Below are positions 47,625 to 54,592 of a DNA stretch of 64,000 nt, one piece after another. Below the pieces are notes generated by a model. That model had not been told where the DNA came from, ran no database searches, and saw only the letters and a list, made by a program, of their open reading frames with translations. The position numbers were made by a program, and so were the translations under genes. The first letter of the stretch is position 1. Every line of letters starts with the position of its first letter. Source of the DNA: Bdellovibrionales bacterium (GTDB lineage Bacteria; Bdellovibrionota; UBA1018; CAIMNF01); assembly GCA_947462765.1 (NCBI GenBank), contig CANHQK010000002.1, positions 38,099 to 102,098 of the forward strand, read 5' to 3'.

Positions 47625-48392
47625 TTAATTCTTTGCCAGAGTCCGTGGATTCGGAAAGCGGCAGATGAAAGTGGTTCCTTTGCCGAGAGCGCTCTCGACC
47701 TCGATACTGCCATGGTGACGCTGGAGAATGTGTTTCACAATGGAGAGACCAAGCCCGGTACCGCCCATGTCCCGTGAGCGACCTTTATCGATCCGGTAAA
47801 ATCGTTCAAACAGGCGGTCGAGGTGCTTTTCCGGAATTCCGGGACCGTTATCCGAAACCCGCAATAAGATCTCAGTACCTCCATCAGAGGATTTCTCTTC
47901 CCAACAGATGTGAATCCTGGAACCGACCGGGCAGTACTTGATGGCATTCTCGACGAGATTCACCATCACCTGTTCGGTCCGTTTGGGGTCTGCAATCAAT
48001 TGTGGAGTCTTGACCTCAAGTGTGATTTCAGTCTCTTTCATTCTGGCGCTTTGCTTGAGTGCATCGAGTACTGTTCCGCTGAACTCCTTAAGATCGATCA
48101 AGGTCGGTTGGAGGTGATCCGCACCGGACTCGATCGCAGATAAATCGAGTAGGTCATTGATCAGGGATAACAATCGGTTCGAGTTTTTCAGGATGATCTT
48201 CAGAAACTCGGGATCCGGAGGTCGCCCAAGCTCTAGATCTTCGATCAAGGTTTCCGTGTACCCCTTGATACTGGTGAGAGGGGTCCGGAGCTCGTGACTC
48301 ACATTGGCCACAAAATCGATCCGCATTTTCTCAGCGCGTTTGAGTGCAGCGATGACGGCTTCATTGTCCGCATTTTCCAATTTCGGATTCAT
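47625..48392 (-). CDS. Histidine kinase, cytoplasmic core only (HisKA + HATPase_c, no sensor or TM domain)
   Basis: H-box 'VANVSHELRTPLTSIKGY', N/G boxes 'DNGPGI', 'GGTGLGLSIV'; 255 aa; ATGA overlap with the upstream response regulator. Confidence 0.85.
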   Translation of the reverse strand: MNPKLENADNEAVIAALKRAEKMRIDFVANVSHELRTPLTSIKGYTETLIEDLELGRPPDPEFLKIILKNSNRLLSLINDLLDLSAIESGADHLQPTLIDLKEFSGTVLDALKQSARMKETEITLEVKTPQLIADPKRTEQVMVNLVENAIKYCPVGSRIHICWEEKSSDGGTEILLRVSDNGPGIPEKHLDRLFERFYRIDKGRSRDMGGTGLGLSIVKHILQRHHGSIEVESALGKGTTFICRFPNPRTLAKN

Positions 48393-49072
48393 GACGCATT
48401 CCTCAGTCGGTAGCCGAAACCCCGCACGGTCTCAATCAGATCGGAGTCCGTACCGAGTTTTTTCCGGATTCCGAGAAGGGTCGTGTCGACGGTCCGATCC
48501 ACCACGGCCACTCCCGGGCCTTGAATGAGAGCGACCAGTGTCGAGCGCTCAAGAGTGGTTCCCGGATTTTTGATCAGAGCGGCCAGGAGCTTGTATTCAT
48601 GGGGAGTCAGCGAGAGCTCTTTTTTTCTGAGAAAGATCCGGGTTCCCTTTTCATCAAGTTCGAGCAGGGGAGTTGTTGACTGTGCCAGTGTCGCATCGAT
48701 TACCGGTGTTGATCTCCGGAGCAATGCCCGAACCCGGGCGATGAACTCGCGGATTTCAAAGGGTTTGGTGAGGTAATCATCCGCGCCGATTTCCAGTCCG
48801 ATCACCTTGTCCAGCGTCTCTGCCCGGGCAGTGAGCAGCATCACCGGAGTTTGAGAGTGGAGTTCGGTTCTGATTTTCTTGCAGAGATCGAGACCGGACA
48901 TCCGGGGGAGCATCCAATCCAGGATCAGAAGGTCAAAAGAGCTCTTTTGGAGCGATAACCACGCCTCCTCGGCTTGTTCATATGCCTCGGTCTCATAACC
49001 CTCGCGTTTGAGATGGAGGACCAGGAGATCGCGGACATCGGATTCGTCCTCAAGCACCAAGACTCGCTTCAT
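48389..49072 (-). CDS. OmpR/PhoB-family response regulator
   Basis: Receiver 'VLVLEDESDVRD...LLILDWMLPRMSGLDL', winged-helix C-terminus 'IETVRGFGYRL'. Confidence 0.9.
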   Translation of the reverse strand: MKRVLVLEDESDVRDLLVLHLKREGYETEAYEQAEEAWLSLQKSSFDLLILDWMLPRMSGLDLCKKIRTELHSQTPVMLLTARAETLDKVIGLEIGADDYLTKPFEIREFIARVRALLRRSTPVIDATLAQSTTPLLELDEKGTRIFLRKKELSLTPHEYKLLAALIKNPGTTLERSTLVALIQGPGVAVVDRTVDTTLLGIRKKLGTDSDLIETVRGFGYRLRNAS

Positions 49073-49805
49073 GCTTTATTTTTCGTCGATCTTGAAGATC
49101 CAGGCAAGGCGGTTTTTCGCCCTGGCGTAGGAACCAGGGGGTGAGTCGCTGGTTCCGGATTGCGTCAAAGATGTTTCTCTGGCTTTTTTCTGCTTCGATC
49201 AGAGTTTTCCAGGATTCGAATTGCTTCAAGTGATGGAGGTCCGAGTTGGCCAGAATGGGGAGTCCGGACTCCAGCACCTCCGGGTAGGTTTTACGACCGC
49301 TACCTACCTCCCAGGCATCAAAGTATTGGGCAAGAGTGCTGCGTTGGTTCCATAACTGGAGGGTCTGGGTTTCGAGATCGTCCGTCCCGAGAGGATGGGC
49401 TGCTACGGTAAGGGCCCCTTGGCCCCGGAGCACTTCTAGGCCCTCCGTAATCGAAAGATCGGGATTGATCCATTGGCTGATTCCGATCCCCAGGTAATGG
49501 GCTGAGTGCCGGTTCGAGAAGTGATTTTTGGTGATCTCCACTCCGGGCAGGACGAGCATCCTGTAGGTTCTCCATGCGCGATCGGCTTCCCGTTCGATTT
49601 CTTCCAAGTAGCGAGGAAAGCTCTGGCGAGTGAGGGTCCGCCCCAGAAAACGCGCCCCGAGCCCCAAAATGCTTGATTCCTCACAAAGATGGTCGGTGAT
49701 GGCAATGCAGTCGAATCCTGCTTTTCCGTAGTGATCCACCAGGTCTGCGATGCTGTGTTGGCCATCGCTGAAGTGACTGTGAATGTGGAAGTCGCACAGG
49801 AGCAT
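49050..49805 (-). CDS. PHP-domain metal-dependent phosphoesterase
   Basis: 'LLCDFHIHSHFSDGQ', 'IAITDH', 'AHP' His clusters of the PHP fold. Confidence 0.75.
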   Translation of the reverse strand: MLLCDFHIHSHFSDGQHSIADLVDHYGKAGFDCIAITDHLCEESSILGLGARFLGRTLTRQSFPRYLEEIEREADRAWRTYRMLVLPGVEITKNHFSNRHSAHYLGIGISQWINPDLSITEGLEVLRGQGALTVAAHPLGTDDLETQTLQLWNQRSTLAQYFDAWEVGSGRKTYPEVLESGLPILANSDLHHLKQFESWKTLIEAEKSQRNIFDAIRNQRLTPWFLRQGEKPPCLDLQDRRKIKHEASLGA

Positions 49806-49862
49806 GGATCCAGCTTGCCTCAGGCCCGGACCGGACAGGGTCAGTCCTTCATGGGCATTCGG

Positions 49863-51308
49863 TCAGACTCCGGTCAGAGAACGGAGTAGCAAGAAAAGCC
49901 CGCAAGAAAGGGCGAGAGTGACAGGAAAGGTTAGGACCCACGCCAATCCGATCGACCGCACCATGGATTTCTGGATCTGATAACCCGAGGCCACCATGGT
50001 CCCGGCAATTCCGGACGAAAGGCAGTGGGTGGTGCTCACCGGTACGCCCACCAGAGAAGAGGCTCCGATCATTCCCATTGCGACAGTCTGGGAAACCGCC
50101 CCTTGCGCGTAGGTCATTTTACCGCTTCCTATCTTTTCTCCCAGGGTTTCGGCAACGCGTTTCCAGCCCACGGTTGTTCCAAGACCGAGTGAAAGCGCCA
50201 CGATGACGAGCACCCACCATGGTGAATACTCGACGAATCCGACGAGATTCTTACGGAGAGAACGAAGAGAGTCGAGCGCATAACCTTGTTTTTCGAGTTT
50301 TTTGAATTCTGACTCGAGTGAATAGATCTGCTTCCGGAGCGATAGTTTCTCCTCGGAGCTCAGGGTCGAAGCGTTGGCTTTCAGGAGCGTTTCCCGGATC
50401 TCACGTGAAATACCAATTGAGACTTTGGCAGATTCAGGAAGGAGATCTGGATTGGCGTGCGCAGATGGAACAAGCGAAACCCCATTTTTGGGTCCCTCTG
50501 CAATGTGCTTCAGAAGTGAAGACTCGAGGGATGCCAGTCCGCTCAGCGTGGCATCTTGGTTCTTGAGTAGCGCCTCTGGAGAGAGGGCGAAGTGGGCAGG
50601 CATGACCGCGATCAGGATCAGCATGATCAGTCCGACCCCTTTTTGGCCGTCATTGGAACCGTGTGCCAGGCTGACTCCGGTGCTCGATCCGATCAGGGTG
50701 AGGCGCGTCCAGAGCGGAGGGGGGCTGTCGCTCTGATCGGCTGATGCGCGAACATCGACCTTACGGGACAAGAGAAAGAGGGCCAGGGCGGCGATGCTGA
50801 ACCCAAGAAGTGGCGAAATCAAGAGTGAGCCACCAATTTCCATGGTCTTGGTCCAATTGACGCCTGCGGACGCAGGAAGGCCCTGTGAAAGGGCGTTTCC
50901 GACACCGACTCCGATCAATCCGCCAATGAGAGCATGAGAGCTAGAGGCGGGCAACCCGATGTACCAGGTTGCAAAATTCCATACACAGGATGCGATCAAC
51001 ATCGAAAAAACCGTGATCAAGGTCAGGGCAGTGTTCCCGGAGGCGATGAGCTCCATCGGGAGGAGCTTCACAATTCCCATGGCCACCGAGATTCCGCCTG
51101 CGAACACACCGATGAAATTGCACACGGCCGACCACAGCACCGCCTGGGAAGGGCGGAGTGAACGGGTGTAGATCACGGTTGCGACCGAGTTTGCAGTGTC
51201 GTGAAACCCGTTGATGAACTCGAACAGGCAGGCGATTCCGACTGCGACCAATAGGAGGAGAAGAGAGTGCTCGGAAATGACCTGGGCTAGCATGGCCCGA
51301 ATGATCAC
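49863..51308 (-). CDS. Inorganic phosphate transporter, PiT family
   Basis: 'GFHDTANSVAT' and C-terminal 'GSNDGQKG'-type repeats, large central hydrophilic loop, 481 aa. Confidence 0.85.
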   Translation of the reverse strand: MIIRAMLAQVISEHSLLLLLVAVGIACLFEFINGFHDTANSVATVIYTRSLRPSQAVLWSAVCNFIGVFAGGISVAMGIVKLLPMELIASGNTALTLITVFSMLIASCVWNFATWYIGLPASSSHALIGGLIGVGVGNALSQGLPASAGVNWTKTMEIGGSLLISPLLGFSIAALALFLLSRKVDVRASADQSDSPPPLWTRLTLIGSSTGVSLAHGSNDGQKGVGLIMLILIAVMPAHFALSPEALLKNQDATLSGLASLESSLLKHIAEGPKNGVSLVPSAHANPDLLPESAKVSIGISREIRETLLKANASTLSSEEKLSLRKQIYSLESEFKKLEKQGYALDSLRSLRKNLVGFVEYSPWWVLVIVALSLGLGTTVGWKRVAETLGEKIGSGKMTYAQGAVSQTVAMGMIGASSLVGVPVSTTHCLSSGIAGTMVASGYQIQKSMVRSIGLAWVLTFPVTLALSCGLFLLLRSLTGV

Positions 51309-51388
51309 CCTAATTGAATAAAAAGTCCCGTCAGGGTTTTGTCAGGGCTCCGATGGCCATGCGTCAAAGCCGGTACATTAAACGGCTT

Positions 51389-52303
51389 TCATTTCATTCC
51401 GGGAAGTAAGTCCATCAAGGCCTCAAAGCTTTGCAGGTGCCGGACCCGCTCTGAGTCCGGAGACGTCAGGTCCTGAAATCCCCTTCCAGCGACCCAAAGC
51501 TGGCTGAACTGGGGAAGGTGCCGGGTCAGAAATGAAACGAGTTTCAGGGGGTCTTCGACAGGGCCCTCTCCGTGCTTGAGTGTGGAGCTCAGCAGGATGT
51601 GGCTCGCTCCATAACGAAGAGCGGTCTCACACAGTTCTTGTTTCGGTACGTGAGGCCCGAGGTACAGACTCGAGATGCCCCGGAGACTCAATGCGGTGTA
51701 AGCGATCAGCAACCCGAGCTCGTGATGGTCGCCTTCCGGTGTGCAAAGGAGGAAGCGCGAAGACGCTTTTTTCCTGGAGTGGGGATGGGCGCGTAGTCGC
51801 GCAAGTTCCTCTTTCATCAGGGAAGAGTAGATATGCTCGAGCGAGATCGAGATCCTTCCGAGGGCAATGCGACGGTTCAGCTCCCTCAGAAAAGGGAGCA
51901 AAACGGAATTCAAGAAGTCCTCGCCGCTTCTCTGATTCCGCTCTTTCTCAAGCGTTCGGGATATCTCACTCCAGGCAAATCGCTCGCCGCCCTCGAAAAT
52001 CTTCCTGATCACCTTGGGAGTTTCGGTGAGGGCGGTTTCTTCCGAATGAGGTGAGCTCAAAAGACTTCGCAAGCGGAGCTCACCAAGTGGCGCAATGTCA
52101 CCGATACGATGGCCCAGCGCCACGAGGTCCCTCAGGAGGTTCAGTCTCACCACGTCCTCGGTCCGGTATAGGCGACGGCCCGTCTCGGTGCGGAGGGGGG
52201 TCACGGCCCCGTACCTGCCTTCCCATCCGCGTAAAGTAAACTCTGAGAGTCCCGTCAATTCGGCGACCTCCCGTAAGGAAAAGCGGGTTGTGACTTGCGG
52301 ACT
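51389..52303 (-). CDS. MerR-family transcriptional regulator with C-terminal cobalamin(B12)-binding domain (CarH/LitR-like light-responsive regulator)
   Basis: N-terminal MerR HTH 'FSLREVAELTGLSEFTLRGWEGRYG'; C-terminal Rossmann-like domain with canonical B12 'DxHxxG' motif ('EGDHHELGLLIAYTAL'); start at ATG 52303 (MSPQVTT). Confidence 0.7.
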   Translation of the reverse strand, partial: SPQVTTRFSLREVAELTGLSEFTLRGWEGRYGAVTPLRTETGRRLYRTEDVVRLNLLRDLVALGHRIGDIAPLGELRLRSLLSSPHSEETALTETPKVIRKIFEGGERFAWSEISRTLEKERNQRSGEDFLNSVLLPFLRELNRRIALGRISISLEHIYSSLMKEELARLRAHPHSRKKASSRFLLCTPEGDHHELGLLIAYTALSLRGISSLYLGPHVPKQELCETALRYGASHILLSSTLKHGEGPVEDPLKLVSFLTRHLPQFSQLWVAGRGFQDLTSPDSERVRHLQSFEALMDLLPGMK

Positions 52304-52338
52304 CATGGATAACAAGAGCTTAGATGGGTCGGGATGTT

Positions 52339-52360
52339 TTGTATAGATATTTCTATACAA
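52339..52360. promoter_or_regulatory. 22-bp near-perfect palindrome TTGTATAGATATTTCTATACAA in the divergent promoter region between the B12-MerR regulator and folE; candidate operator
   Basis: 9-bp arms TTGTATAGA / TCTATACAA are exact reverse complements; located in the 86-bp intergenic region (52304-52389). Confidence 0.5.
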
Positions 52361-52389
52361 ACGAGATCCAGGGGTGTAGATTGAAGGAC

Positions 52390-52980
52390 ATGCAAACTGA
52401 GACTACGAACTGGAATTTTTCGGCTGCTCAGAACTCTTTTGAGCGTTTGTGTTCCCAAGCCCTGATGGAAATCGGCGAAGATCCGACGCGTGAAGGACTG
52501 GTGCGCACCCCGCATCGCTTCCGGAAGGCGCTCCATGAGCTCACTCGGGGTTATTCCATGACCGCACGGGAAGCGGTGGGAGAAGGGATTTTCGAGTCGG
52601 AGTCCTCCGGTCCTGTGTTTGTGAAAGAGATCGAATTCTTCAGTTTGTGTGAACATCATTTGTTGCCTTTTTGGGGCAAAGTGACGATCGGATACCTTCC
52701 TGAGGACAAGATCCTCGGGCTCTCCAAGCTTGCAAGAGTGGTGGAAGTGTTCGCCCGGCGTTTGCAGGTGCAGGAACGACTCACTCGCGAAATCGCGGAC
52801 TCCATTTCCGAGCTGATCGGGGCACGCGCGGTATCGGTGATCGTCGAGGCTTCTCACATGTGCATGGCCATGCGTGGGGTGAACAAGCCCGGCTCAATGA
52901 CCCGCACCGAATTCAATCTGGGTCTAGAAAACCTGAATGAGCTCGATCGGAATCGATTCTTGAAGGGAATGGATTCCTGA
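52390..52980 (+). CDS. folE: GTP cyclohydrolase I
   Basis: 'DPTREGLVRTPHRFRKAL', 'FFSLCEHHLLPFWGKVTIGYLP', 'QVQERLTREIAD' FolE signature regions. Confidence 0.9.
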   Translation: MQTETTNWNFSAAQNSFERLCSQALMEIGEDPTREGLVRTPHRFRKALHELTRGYSMTAREAVGEGIFESESSGPVFVKEIEFFSLCEHHLLPFWGKVTIGYLPEDKILGLSKLARVVEVFARRLQVQERLTREIADSISELIGARAVSVIVEASHMCMAMRGVNKPGSMTRTEFNLGLENLNELDRNRFLKGMDS

Positions 52981-52988
52981 AGCCGGTA

Positions 52989-54182
52989 TTGCTCTGGGTC
53001 CAGCGGTCTCTCCGCTTTCATGACCATCCTGCACTGAATGCCGCGTTGCTGGAGACAGGCAGGGATAGCCGTTTCATCGAGGTCTGGATGCCTCCTTTGG
53101 GAGACCCGGGCCCTCACAGGCGTCGTTTTGAAGAGGAGGCCCGGGAGGAGTTTTGCCAGCGCTTATACGAGCTCGGGGTGGTTGTGCTGACTCATCCCCC
53201 GGATGGGTCGCGCTATTCATCGGTTTTTTTGGATGAAGGCGGGTGCCTACACAATCGAAAGGAAGCGCTGGAAGTCCAGTTGATGGCATCGCGGCTCGAA
53301 TTACCGTTCCACAGATCAAGTGCCAATCTCCTGTTCTCAACACTCCCTGTTTCCGATCGCAAGTCGCTCCGAACTTTCACTGACTTCAGGAAAGCGGTTT
53401 CACAGTCTCCCGTTCCCCCTGAGGATAGCCCTGTCTCAAACGCCCGGTTGTTGAATCAGCCTCGACGTGTAACCGATGCTGACCCGAGATCCGTGTTTCC
53501 TTATCGTGGTGCTGAGTCAGATGCGCTGGCACATTTGAGACACTATCTTTCGAGTCCGGAACGGGTCCACTCTTACAAGGCGACGAGGAATCGTCTCCTG
53601 GGTATAGATGATTCGTCTAAGCTTTCTCCCTTTTTGGCTACGGGTGCTCTCTCGGTCAGAGCAGTGTGGTCTGAGTTGCTCCGATTCGAACAGGAGCATG
53701 GAGTCAGTGATGGAACCGAGTGGCTCAAGTTCGAGTTGCTCTGGCGGGAGTATTTCAGATGGCTCGAATTGGACTCGGGAGAGACTTTCTACTCTCCCGG
53801 GGGCTCCAGGGGAGTTTTACCGCCTCCTTCTACCGAGGATCGGGAGCTCTTTCTCAAGTGGACGCGTGGAGAAACCGGGATCCCTTTCATCGATGCCAAT
53901 TTGAGAGAGCTGAACCTCACCGGCTTCATGTCGAACCGGGGAAGACAGAACGTGGCCTCTCATTTTATCCATGAGCTCTGTCTGCCCTGGTGGTGGGGGG
54001 CGGATTATTTCTCAAAAATGCTGGTGGACTCGGATCCTGCCCAAAATTACGGGAATTGGTCCTATTTGGCGGGTGTGGGAGCGGATCCTCGGAGCTTCGG
54101 AGGCCAAGCGCGTAAGTTCGATCTCGTGCGCCAGGTGCGTGAGTATGATCCGGATGGCGAATACCAAAGGACTTGGCTTTAG
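52989..54182 (+). CDS. Cryptochrome/photolyase family protein, CRY-DASH-like, short N-terminal domain
   Basis: N-terminus 'LWVQRSLRFHDHPALNAA'; FAD-binding region 'LSPFLATGALSVR', 'GFMSNRGRQNVASHFIHELCLPWWWGADYF', 'DSDPAQNYGNWSYLAGVG', 'DPDGEYQRTWL'; only 397 aa. Confidence 0.75.
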   Translation: MLWVQRSLRFHDHPALNAALLETGRDSRFIEVWMPPLGDPGPHRRRFEEEAREEFCQRLYELGVVVLTHPPDGSRYSSVFLDEGGCLHNRKEALEVQLMASRLELPFHRSSANLLFSTLPVSDRKSLRTFTDFRKAVSQSPVPPEDSPVSNARLLNQPRRVTDADPRSVFPYRGAESDALAHLRHYLSSPERVHSYKATRNRLLGIDDSSKLSPFLATGALSVRAVWSELLRFEQEHGVSDGTEWLKFELLWREYFRWLELDSGETFYSPGGSRGVLPPPSTEDRELFLKWTRGETGIPFIDANLRELNLTGFMSNRGRQNVASHFIHELCLPWWWGADYFSKMLVDSDPAQNYGNWSYLAGVGADPRSFGGQARKFDLVRQVREYDPDGEYQRTWL

Positions 54183-54535
54183 CGGACGCCAGTCCCGCGG
54201 AGGAAAACGGTCAGAATGGATTCATTGGTCTGGATCTGGGCAGTTTGCAGTTCAGTCCCTTCGAAGCGAGGAAGGTATTGAATCATTCCATTGCACACTT
54301 GTCCGGCAGGGAGGACTCCGGGGCATTGGAGCTGGCACCAAAACGATCCGAAGGTCGAACATCCGAAAATCCGCACGGGGTTCGGTCCCCAATTCTGAAT
54401 CGATACCCACCGAGTATTCGGAAAGCCGAGTCTGACCCAACCGTAATCCAAAGACGGGGGAGACACGGTCACCATGGCCGAGACAGCAGATGGAAAAAAT
54501 GCCAAAGTCAAAACGAAAAGGGATTTCAGTCTCAT
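54179..54535 (-). CDS. Hypothetical small secreted protein (possibly DUF1573/ASH Ig-like fold)
   Basis: Signal peptide 'MRLKSLFVLTLAFFPSAVSA'; about 100 aa mature. Confidence 0.45.
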   Translation of the reverse strand: MRLKSLFVLTLAFFPSAVSAMVTVSPPSLDYGWVRLGFPNTRWVSIQNWGPNPVRIFGCSTFGSFWCQLQCPGVLPAGQVCNGMIQYLPRFEGTELQTAQIQTNESILTVFLRGTGVR

Positions 54536-54592
54536 GCCTGAAACTCTATCGTGGGCTCCATCAGAATGCAAATTACCCTCTCCTGACGGGTT

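Noticed and set aside
51309-51388. Hairpins between pit and the MerR-B12 gene (AAAGCCG...CGGCTTT; CCCGTCAGGG+TTTT) as terminators
   Set aside because: Stems are short and weak, and U-runs are poor. These could be minor attenuators, but they are not confidently callable.
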